From positions 1 through 14,194 of the forward strand of contig JBFGZE010000084.1 in assembly GCA_041586955.1 (NCBI GenBank): a DNA stretch of 14,194 bases, in the 5' to 3' direction. A program made the position numbers and the translations under genes. Of this stretch, positions 1 to 7,410 are shown piece after piece. The notes under the pieces were generated by a model. It was not told the DNA's origin, did no database searches, and was given only the letters and a program-made list of their open reading frames with translations. Within the stretch, counting starts at the first letter, position 1; every line of letters starts with the position of its first letter. Source of the DNA: Bacteriovoracaceae bacterium. GTDB taxonomy: Bacteria; Bdellovibrionota; Bacteriovoracia; Bacteriovoracales; Bacteriovoracaceae.

Positions 1-2
1 AA

Positions 3-893
3 GCGGTTTCAAACTTAGTCACCAACCGCACCTCCTGCACTGAAACTTTTAAAAATGCACCTCCTATCAATATTGGTGATGAAGTACCAATTGGTTCAAT
101 CAAAGATGAAAGTGGAAACGATATTTTTGTTCCCCCTCAAGTCTTAAGTGACAAGACAAGTGCGAAAGTAACAGTCGTTGGCTTCTCTATTCACCGAAAA
201 ACAGATACTGAGGCCAGATTATTAATAAGACTAGACCGCGGAGAGAAACGAAATAGCTATGTTGGCGCCAGATATTACCAAACCCAAACTCCCCTTATCC
301 TCCAGTTTGATACAACCAATAAAGTCACCTCTTGTTATTATGATAGCTCTGGAAATGTCGAAAAAGCTTGTGAGCAGGTTAATGGAACTTTTAACGAGGT
401 CAGTGGCAAGTGTATCCTATTCGACTTAGTTTTCGGTCAACATTCTTCAAAACAATGTCAAAATATTGGTGGGACAGTTGTAACAGAATCTAGTACTGGT
501 GAGAAATTTTGTAAAGTCTCGGCCACGATTTATGACAAATTTAAGGGCCTTTGGATCACCTACAAAAACTGGAGTGAAACGAGCCCTCAAACTGGTGGAA
601 GTGTCGTTTGCCAGGAGGCAAAGAATCCAGTCCCCGAGGTTAAATTTCAAGGGTTTACTTTTAGTTCCAGTGAAAAAATTAAAGAGATAAGAGAAGCCCT
701 TGAAAATTACGACACAAAGAGCGTTGTCCCTACATATATATCTAATGAAGGTGAGGAGCCAACTCCTGAAATACTAAATACACCTTGTACTACTGGCTCC
801 CATTCTTGGGCAGATATACCAATTGAAACTTGCACGCCAGGCGGCTGTGGAAGTGATATTACGGCAAATATTCTTTATTATGGTGTATTCTAG
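3..893 (+). CDS. 5'-truncated Cys-rich exported protein, probably a Bdellovibrionota-type pilin/pseudopilin-like protein (C-terminal 296 aa visible)
   Basis: Manual translation of frame +3 is stop-free from the window edge to TAG at 891-893 (AVSNLVTNRTSCTETFKN...TNKVTSCYY...ACEQVNGTFNEVSGKC...NILYYGVF*). It has 10 Cys. The ORF track misses it because the start lies upstream. The pilin call rests on remembered resemblance; the N-terminal methylation motif is outside the window. Confidence 0.75.
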   Translation, partial: AVSNLVTNRTSCTETFKNAPPINIGDEVPIGSIKDESGNDIFVPPQVLSDKTSAKVTVVGFSIHRKTDTEARLLIRLDRGEKRNSYVGARYYQTQTPLILQFDTTNKVTSCYYDSSGNVEKACEQVNGTFNEVSGKCILFDLVFGQHSSKQCQNIGGTVVTESSTGEKFCKVSATIYDKFKGLWITYKNWSETSPQTGGSVVCQEAKNPVPEVKFQGFTFSSSEKIKEIREALENYDTKSVVPTYISNEGEEPTPEILNTPCTTGSHSWADIPIETCTPGGCGSDITANILYYGVF

Positions 894-967
894 TCCCATC
901 CCCTGAACCATTTACGTGGTGAAAGATGGAGTAAGTTGCTATTTTACACCAATGTCATTTAATCAAT

Positions 968-994
968 ATGGTTCCCTACCATCAAGGGAATCAT
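968..994 (+). terminator. Possible stem-loop/terminator downstream of the pilin-like gene
   Basis: ATGGTTCCCT-accatca-AGGGAATCAT forms a 10-bp stem with one G-U pair. Only a weak T-tract follows. Confidence 0.3.
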
Positions 995-1107
995 TTGCAT
1001 TAAAGCCCATATATCTGACAAATAAATAACACTTTACGCAAAGGATTTTTCAAAAACTAATTCCCTATCTTGAAGGGCCGAAACGAAGCTGATAATGTAC
1101 TGCCATC

Positions 1108-1578
1108 ATGAGTGAGTTGACGGCCAAAATTCGGCAATATTTATTGGAAAACAAAGTTTTCTTTGAAGAGAGGGATCATGCTCCCGCTCAAACCTGCCAG
1201 GAATCTGCGCAGCAAAGAGGCGAACCCATTGAGATTGGTGGAAAAACACTGCTTTTCAAAGACAAAAAAGACTTTCGGCTCCTTACCCTATCTGCCGCCA
1301 AGCAGGTAGACTCTAATAAGGTTCGCAAAATTCTGAGTTCTCAGCGCTTACGCTTTGCCACCACTGAAGAATTATGGGAATTGACCGGAGTAGAAAAAGG
1401 CGCCCTGCCCCCCTTTGGCCGCCCAATTTTACCTTTTGATTTTTACGCCGACCGCTCGCTTTTAGAAAATGAACGCATTGCTTTTAATGCCGGTATTTTA
1501 ACTAAATCATTTATTTTACAAACCAAGGATTGGCTTAAAATAACCAATCCCATTATCGGCGAATTCGCCAAAGAATAG
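1108..1578 (+). CDS. YbaK/ProX (INS superfamily) aminoacyl-tRNA deacylase/editing protein
   Basis: 156 aa with GGKTLLFK (conserved Lys), GVEKGALPPFG (GxxxGxxPP loop) and FNAG motifs typical of YbaK/ProXp proteins. Confidence 0.9.
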   Translation: MSELTAKIRQYLLENKVFFEERDHAPAQTCQESAQQRGEPIEIGGKTLLFKDKKDFRLLTLSAAKQVDSNKVRKILSSQRLRFATTEELWELTGVEKGALPPFGRPILPFDFYADRSLLENERIAFNAGILTKSFILQTKDWLKITNPIIGEFAKE

Positions 1579-1591
1579 CACGAGGTTACCT

Positions 1592-2488
1592 ATGGTATCA
1601 GACATTTTTGACCCTCATAAATGGGATGAAGTCCCTGGATTTTCTTTCCAAGACATTACTTATCACCGTGCCAAAGAACATGGCACAGTACGTATCGCCT
1701 TTGACCGCCCAGAAGTGCGTAACGCCTTTCGCCCACAAACTGTCGATGAACTCTATCAAGCTCTCGATCATGCTCGCATGTGGTCTGATGTCGGTTGTGT
1801 TTTAATCACTGGAAATGGCCCCTCGGCCAAAGATGGCGGCTGGGCCTTTTGCTCTGGCGGCGATCAACGTATCCGCGGCAAAGATGGCTATAAATACGAA
1901 ACTAATAATCAAGGACAAGTTGACCCCGCAAAATTGGGACGTCTACATATTCTAGAAGTTCAACGCTTGATCCGCTTTATGCCAAAAGTGGTCATCGCTG
2001 TAGTTCCTGGTTGGGCAGTTGGCGGTGGTCATTCTCTGCATGTCGTTTGTGATATGACTATCGCCAGTAAAGAACATGCTATTTTTAAACAAACAGACCC
2101 TGATGTTGCTAGCTTTGATTCAGGCTACGGCTCAGCTTATTTAGCAAGCCAATGTGGCCAAAAGCGAGCGCGTGAAATTTTCTTTTTAGGGCTCGATTAT
2201 TCCGCCCAAGAGGCCTTTGATATGGGAATGGCGAATAAGGTTGTCCCTCATGAAGAGCTTGAAGACCTGGCCCTTGAGTGGGGAAAAATTATTAATTCAA
2301 AATCACCAACCGCTATGCGCATGCTAAAGTTTGGCTTTAACTTGCCAGAAGATGGTTTAGTTGGTCAGCAGATTTTTGCTGGTGAAGCGACTCGTCTGGC
2401 CTATGGGACCGAAGAGGCGCAAGAGGGGCGCGATGCCTTTTTAGAAAAAAGGCCAAAACGTTTTGAGCAATTTCCTTGGCATTATTAA
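1592..2488 (+). CDS. menB: 1,4-dihydroxy-2-naphthoyl-CoA synthase (crotonase fold), type II
   Basis: Motifs RPEVRNAFRP, AFCSGGDQRIRG, LHILEVQRLIRFMPK, GWAVGGGHSLHVVCD, QTDPDVASFDSGYG and EAQEGRDAFLEKR. A GAGG Shine-Dalgarno lies upstream. Confidence 0.97.
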   Translation: MVSDIFDPHKWDEVPGFSFQDITYHRAKEHGTVRIAFDRPEVRNAFRPQTVDELYQALDHARMWSDVGCVLITGNGPSAKDGGWAFCSGGDQRIRGKDGYKYETNNQGQVDPAKLGRLHILEVQRLIRFMPKVVIAVVPGWAVGGGHSLHVVCDMTIASKEHAIFKQTDPDVASFDSGYGSAYLASQCGQKRAREIFFLGLDYSAQEAFDMGMANKVVPHEELEDLALEWGKIINSKSPTAMRMLKFGFNLPEDGLVGQQIFAGEATRLAYGTEEAQEGRDAFLEKRPKRFEQFPWHY

Positions 2489-3469
2489 GTGCCATTAACT
2501 CTCAATGATCATGCATTAGGTCTCGATTCCCCCCTCAGTTACCACAAAGACTGGGGACGGGGCTCCTATACTGATTTTCCCATTCATCGGGATGCTCTCA
2601 ATACCTCCTACGAGGACTTTTATCTTTTAATGAACACTCTTGCCAAACGCCCGTGTCACTTTATCGATTGTGGGGCGGGACTTGGGCGCTCAATCTTTGT
2701 TGCCAATTCCTATTTTCCTCATATCACAATAACTGGGCTTGAAATGGTAGCAGAACGGGTGGATTTATGCCAAAAGTCGCTGCAGGCGGCGGGACTTGAT
2801 TCCTCCCAGATGCAACAATATGATCTAATGGCCGCCCCTCTTCCCCTGGCCGATGTCTATTTCTTTTACCTTCCCGTAGGCCCTCTCTTTTACCGCCTCA
2901 CCCATCAATTGATGGAATACGCTCAAAATCGAGCGATCACCATCATTTGTGTTGAATCTCATGGAGATTTCTATCGCCATCTCGACCTTTGCTTGCCTTT
3001 TCTTCCCAGGTTTGAGGAAGTTGAGCTCCAAGGAAAACGTCACCACCAAAAAGCGAGAATTTATCACATCGAACCGATGATAATTCCATCTTTATCTATT
3101 CCCTCATCATTTATGACGCTTAAAGAGGATGAAATTCCCCAGGCACTATGGCAATTTGCCACGAATCACAGCTTAGCATGGGTCATTGAAGATCAAAAAG
3201 GTTTATGGCTTGCCGATTGCTCTGACCCTTGGCTTGACGACCAAGATGGCATTCATTTTACGGTACCTGCTCGCAGCGTGAAACGTTCCCACATTCGCGG
3301 CTTAATTCCTATTCCATTAAAGATGATGTCCACAGTCAAAAAACGCCGTGCTGGGGAATTGATTAATGGTCTGGCCATTCGTAAGATTTATTGGCAACCA
3401 AGTCTTGTCGAATTCTCTAATGGACAAATTATTCCTCTATCAGAGATCGTGGAAAATAGCATTGATTAA
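2489..3469 (+). CDS. Putative class I SAM-dependent methyltransferase with an uncharacterised C-terminal domain
   Basis: FIDCGAGLGR (motif I), GLEM (acidic residue ending beta2), YDL and ADVYFFY. The GTG start directly follows the menB TAA. Confidence 0.7.
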   Translation: MPLTLNDHALGLDSPLSYHKDWGRGSYTDFPIHRDALNTSYEDFYLLMNTLAKRPCHFIDCGAGLGRSIFVANSYFPHITITGLEMVAERVDLCQKSLQAAGLDSSQMQQYDLMAAPLPLADVYFFYLPVGPLFYRLTHQLMEYAQNRAITIICVESHGDFYRHLDLCLPFLPRFEEVELQGKRHHQKARIYHIEPMIIPSLSIPSSFMTLKEDEIPQALWQFATNHSLAWVIEDQKGLWLADCSDPWLDDQDGIHFTVPARSVKRSHIRGLIPIPLKMMSTVKKRRAGELINGLAIRKIYWQPSLVEFSNGQIIPLSEIVENSID

Positions 3470-4064
3470 ATGAAATACTGCGCTCTGAATTGAGCTGTGG
3501 TTTTTCCGCTCGCGGGTTGGTCGAATCATAAAAAAAGCGTTCTTTATGAATCCATAATTGCCCCTTATCCTTCTTAAAATAAACTTTTGCTGAAACTCTG
3601 GTCTCAGTGAAAAATATTTCTGGTGCCATGATACCGCGATTAGGTCTGGCCTGGCCTTCAAGTATCTCCACCGCCTGATGAATATTGCCCACAAATTCAG
3701 ACTCACCCTTTTCTTGGAGAAAAAATCGCATGACTTCTTTGTCATTAAGCTGCATGCTCAAAGGTCTTGTTACAAAATCCTCATTGACATAATACACCCT
3801 CAAAAAATTTTCCGCCCGTGTAAAATAAATATAGCGTTTGCCCTCGTAGGTTTCAGATTGAGCTTCAATGGTACAAAGAGCAAAAATGGAAATGGGAAAT
3901 TCAAGAGAAAGAAACTCACGATAAAAAGGTGCGATTTTATCGTTTTCTTCACCTTCTTTATCTTCTTTTTTGGGCAGCTTTTCGGGCAAGTAAACAAGGT
4001 CTTCTTTTTGCCCACAAGAGCTGAGGATAAAGGATAATAAGGTTATTAATATAAAAGACTTCAT
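3429..4064 (-). CDS. Hypothetical lipoprotein
   Basis: MKSFILITLLSFILSS|C: basic N-terminus, hydrophobic core and lipobox LSSC. A GGAGG SD precedes the ATG. Confidence 0.8.
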   Translation of the reverse strand: MKSFILITLLSFILSSCGQKEDLVYLPEKLPKKEDKEGEENDKIAPFYREFLSLEFPISIFALCTIEAQSETYEGKRYIYFTRAENFLRVYYVNEDFVTRPLSMQLNDKEVMRFFLQEKGESEFVGNIHQAVEILEGQARPNRGIMAPEIFFTETRVSAKVYFKKDKGQLWIHKERFFYDSTNPRAEKPQLNSERSISFNQCYFPRSLIEE

Positions 4065-4168
4065 AGACTTCCTCCGCCCTATACCTAACGCAAGTGGCGG
4101 AAAAAGCCTAGATTACTGTAAAAATAACTGGTGACTTAAGTTCATGGGGCCAAAAAAGTCCCGTTCAA

Positions 4169-4366
4169 TTATTCTGCGGATTCTTCAGCAGGAGCTTCTT
4201 CTACTGGTGCGGCCTTTGGCGTTGGAGCAGTGACGAGACCAGCACTAAGAAGCACCTTAACTTTCTCTTCGCCATTCATCCAATCCCCACCAGTATTTTT
4301 AACGCCATAGCGACCTGAACGTTTTTTTACGATCGTATAATCATTTGTTTTCTTTACTAATTCCAT
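4169..4366 (-). CDS. Small hypothetical protein with Ala/Pro/Glu-rich tail
   Basis: 65 aa with a strong GGAGG SD. The globular-looking N-terminal part (YTIVKKRSGRYGVK...WMNGEEKVKVL) is followed by a disordered APVEEAPAEE tail. Confidence 0.8.
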   Translation of the reverse strand: MELVKKTNDYTIVKKRSGRYGVKNTGGDWMNGEEKVKVLLSAGLVTAPTPKAAPVEEAPAEESAE

Positions 4367-4456
4367 GGAACCTCCGTTTTCATTTAGGTAAGATATTACT
4401 CAGAAAGGCCTTGCAACGCAAGAATTGCCTGCAGCGCTTAGCATCAAGGAATAACG

Positions 4457-5008
4457 ATGGATAATCTCCCTGGCCATTTTTTCTTTGCCATCAGCATGCC
4501 TGACGAGGTTAGGAAATTCCTAGGTCCACAAACCGCAAAAATTCTTATGCCATTAAAAAAAGAACATATTGCACCAAAAACGAAATGGCATACAACTCTC
4601 ACCTTTCTCGGTCCTCTCACTCAAGTCCATATTGATCAATTACAAAGTTACTTTTCAAAGATTCCACTACCTTGCTTTGACCTCTCCTTCGGTTCACTCG
4701 GCGCCTTCCCCGATGAGGAAAAGGCCCGTGTTTTATGGGCCGGGATTGATCAAGGCGCTAACGAGTTAATCGCGATCGCTGAATATTTACGAGTTCAATT
4801 AAAAATTCTCGATATTCCTTTTGATAATAAACCTTTTATACCCCATATGACCCTTTGCCGAATGCGTGGCCGACGCAATCTGGGCAAATTCATGGCCTCA
4901 CCTTTTCCTAAGGGCACTATGACCTTTAAAATCACTACCATCGGCCTTTACCAAACCCTTGGAAGGCAGTTTCCCTATAAATTATGGCAGGAGATCGAGT
5001 TGGCGTGA
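4457..5008 (+). CDS. thpR: RNA 2',3'-cyclic phosphodiesterase (2H phosphoesterase, LigT family)
   Basis: Two HxT motifs (WHTTLTFLG and FIPHMTLCR), an N-terminal FFAI, and LGAFP...RVLWAG. Confidence 0.92.
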   Translation: MDNLPGHFFFAISMPDEVRKFLGPQTAKILMPLKKEHIAPKTKWHTTLTFLGPLTQVHIDQLQSYFSKIPLPCFDLSFGSLGAFPDEEKARVLWAGIDQGANELIAIAEYLRVQLKILDIPFDNKPFIPHMTLCRMRGRRNLGKFMASPFPKGTMTFKITTIGLYQTLGRQFPYKLWQEIELA

Positions 5009-5039
5009 TTATTTCCATAAAAGGTGCTATAAAGATTTT

Positions 5040-5918
5040 ATGGCCAAAAAGAAAATCACTGGGGCGCAACGCTTCGATCAATATTACGCAGATATCTATC
5101 AAGACCGTTGGCCGGAGCTCAAATCGTCCTTTCTAGGTGAAAAAACATATGTCGCCCATTTTAACCCTTATTACCCCAACCCCCCTCAATTAATCGGAAA
5201 AGCATTTTATAAATGGGGCGTTCAAGCTCCACAATTCCCACGGCCACAGGCCAATGAAGTGGGCCTTTTCCCCTATTATTTAATGGATGGTGCTTCATTA
5301 TTGGCCGCCCAGCAATTACCGATTAAACCAGGCGATACAGTTCTCGACCTTTGCGCTGCCCCCGGTGGAAAAACCCTCATCTTGGCCTATAAATTAAGGG
5401 GACAAGGCAAACTCATTGCCAACGACCGTTCACGCGACCGCTATATAAGACTCAAAAAGGTTATTGATTCATATATCCCTCAACCTGACCGCCAGATTAT
5501 TGAAACCACTAATCGTGATGGTGGTCGGTTTGGCATGGAGTCTCCGCAAACCTTTGATCATATTCTTTTAGATGCGCCCTGTTCTTCTGAGCGCCATGTA
5601 ATAGAAAGCCCTAAGCACCTAGATGATTGGCGTCCCAGTCGAACAAAAAAATTGAGCAAGGATCAAGTCACTCTCATCTGCTCTGCTTTTGACGCCCTTA
5701 AAGAGGGAGGGACTTTACTCTATTCGACCTGTAGTATTTCTCCGCTTGAAAACGATAAAGTGGTAGAACGCTTGCTTCAAAAAAGGGACCAGGCAGAAAT
5801 TATTCCTCTGAGTCTACCAATGGGAGGACCAACTCAATTTGGGTACCATATTTTGCCTGACCGCGATCAACACGGGCCTATTTTTCTCTGCCATTTAAAG
5901 AAAAAATCTATCAACTAA
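5040..5918 (+). CDS. RsmB/NOP2/NSUN-family RNA (cytosine-5)-methyltransferase, compact NSUN3/4-like form
   Basis: VLDLCAAPGGKT (motif I), LLDAPCS (motif IV Cys) and LYSTCS (motif VI catalytic Cys). ATG 5040 is preferred over the track's TTG 4959, which overlaps thpR. Confidence 0.92.
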   Translation: MAKKKITGAQRFDQYYADIYQDRWPELKSSFLGEKTYVAHFNPYYPNPPQLIGKAFYKWGVQAPQFPRPQANEVGLFPYYLMDGASLLAAQQLPIKPGDTVLDLCAAPGGKTLILAYKLRGQGKLIANDRSRDRYIRLKKVIDSYIPQPDRQIIETTNRDGGRFGMESPQTFDHILLDAPCSSERHVIESPKHLDDWRPSRTKKLSKDQVTLICSAFDALKEGGTLLYSTCSISPLENDKVVERLLQKRDQAEIIPLSLPMGGPTQFGYHILPDRDQHGPIFLCHLKKKSIN

Positions 5919-5943
5919 TTTAACATTTTTATTGGCGACATTT

Positions 5944-6807
5944 TTAGCCAAAGATATTCCACCAGTTTTTTTTCTTAGGAGTGCTATCATCCGTTTTTCG
6001 AGGCGGCCCATCTTGAGTTTCGACGAGAATCCCCTTCATATAGAGGCCATAACCCAAAAAGAAATGACGGGTTTCTTCTAGGCCCTTATGACTTGAACCA
6101 TCTTTGGACACAATAATTGTTAAACTTTCAAGAGACATAATCATGGGGAAATACTTTTCTGATTCCTGTTGAATTTCTCTAAGTCCAGGAATATCCCAAA
6201 AAACCACATCGAAATGATCTGTTAACGAAGTAAATACTTCCTCATATTCTTCCCTATCGCCATCCGCTGAGACCCTTATCAGGTCATTTAGATTGATCAA
6301 ATGGAAATGATCGTAAAAATTATAAATATCAATGACCAAGTCTATGCGAATCAGAATTTTTTCTTTAAGACTCAGGTTTTTAATTTCCTCAAACGAGCCG
6401 TGCTGGATATTATTCGAAATAATACCAATTTTAATATCTTCTTTATGATCAAAAAAACTGGCCAATCCTAAAATACTTGTTTGCGTTGAAACTTCTCGTC
6501 CATTGGAAATTAGGGCAAACGATTTCATCCCCTTTAAATAGTCCATATAAAAAGAGGTGCCAATTTTAAATAATTCATGATGGTTTGAAAATTTATAGAA
6601 ATATTTATTAACCTTACGGGTGGCCTTTTTTTTTAATTGAGGATCAAACGGAGTAATAGCTTCGAGTTTTGCCGTCTTCTCTGCTAAAGTAATATCCGGA
6701 GCTTCTCTATCACTTTCTGCAGTACTTAAGTGAAGCATACGATCAAGCTCATCATCGATATTTATACTATCGGGATTTCTGCTGACCTTTAACCTCAAAT
6801 TACTCAT
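5944..6807 (-). CDS. Hypothetical protein with a degenerate MinD/ParA/BY-kinase-like P-loop fold
   Basis: 287-aa ORF with AGGA SD. It keeps a Walker-B-like FDVVFWDIPG. The segment KSFALISNGREVSTQTSILGLASFF sits where Walker A should be but lacks GKS/T. Confidence 0.6.
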   Translation of the reverse strand: MSNLRLKVSRNPDSINIDDELDRMLHLSTAESDREAPDITLAEKTAKLEAITPFDPQLKKKATRKVNKYFYKFSNHHELFKIGTSFYMDYLKGMKSFALISNGREVSTQTSILGLASFFDHKEDIKIGIISNNIQHGSFEEIKNLSLKEKILIRIDLVIDIYNFYDHFHLINLNDLIRVSADGDREEYEEVFTSLTDHFDVVFWDIPGLREIQQESEKYFPMIMSLESLTIIVSKDGSSHKGLEETRHFFLGYGLYMKGILVETQDGPPRKTDDSTPKKKNWWNIFG

Positions 6808-7127
6808 TTCGCATCCTATTTATTCGCCTCCGGATATAAGCGAAAAAGAATCCCTTTACGGTCATCATAATAGCGCTTCCTATTAATAAGAATAACATAT
6901 CAAAAAATAAAATGGTCACGAAATCATCAAATCTTCTCCCCCTTCAAGTCACAAGGACTTATTTAATGAATTAAAATAAAAACTAGGAAAAACTTGCCTT
7001 TAATAATCAAGAACACCCCTCATTTAAGATTTGAGAAGCCCGATCTTCTAATAATAGCTTCAAATTTTGAAAGGTGATTCTTCTTTTCTAAGGGGCCTAA
7101 AATGGGTGTTCTTTGCACAAAAAATTT

Positions 7128-7153
7128 TTGGCCATACTTAAAAGTATGGCCAA
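7128..7153. promoter_or_regulatory. 12-bp perfect inverted repeat (2-nt spacer) in a divergent intergenic region, candidate operator
   Basis: TTGGCCATACTT-aa-AAGTATGGCCAA. The function is inferred. Confidence 0.4.
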
Positions 7154-7410
7154 TAGTATTAACTTGTAGGATTTTCCCCATTAAAACCAATAAAAGATGA
7201 CCTACCACTTTATCGCCACTTAGAGTCCGCAGCCATTTAAATTTGGCACCTCTTTATAATCTCTACTTTTTACAAAAACTTCTACCTGCTTAAAATTACG
7301 CCATATTTTTTTAAAGCTTGTAAAATTTCTCGTTCTCAATTCCCTTTTACGACATAATTGATTGAAGAGGAAACCGATTCAATAAACGCTTAAACATATA
7401 GGGAGCTTGC

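Noticed and set aside
447..690. Track ORFs 447..650 (-) and 499..690 (+)
   Set aside because: Both are shadows inside the longer frame +3 ORF (3..893).
780..1107. Diversity-generating retroelement target at the pilin C-terminus
   Set aside because: I saw no template-repeat copy of the 3' end and no reverse transcriptase in the window.
4073..4101. TCCGCC/GGCGGA stem overlapping the SD of the 3429..4064 lipoprotein gene
   Set aside because: Only 6 bp with a 17-nt loop, which is too weak to call a regulatory structure.
4959..5039. N-terminal extension of the m5C methyltransferase given by the track
   Set aside because: The TTG start overlaps thpR by 50 nt, and family-like sequence begins only after ATG 5040.
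5025..5042. Extended -10 (TGcTATAAA) 6 nt before ATG 5040, suggesting a leaderless mRNA
   Set aside because: The hexamer lacks the conserved final T and no convincing -35 is present. It cannot be supported without TSS data.
7020..7208. 62-aa minus-strand ORF in the long intergenic region
   Set aside because: It has a GTG start, no clear SD and no recognisable motif.
7243..7260. TTGGCAC as a sigma54 -24 element upstream of the lipoprotein gene
   Set aside because: The -12 position reads TA instead of the required GC.
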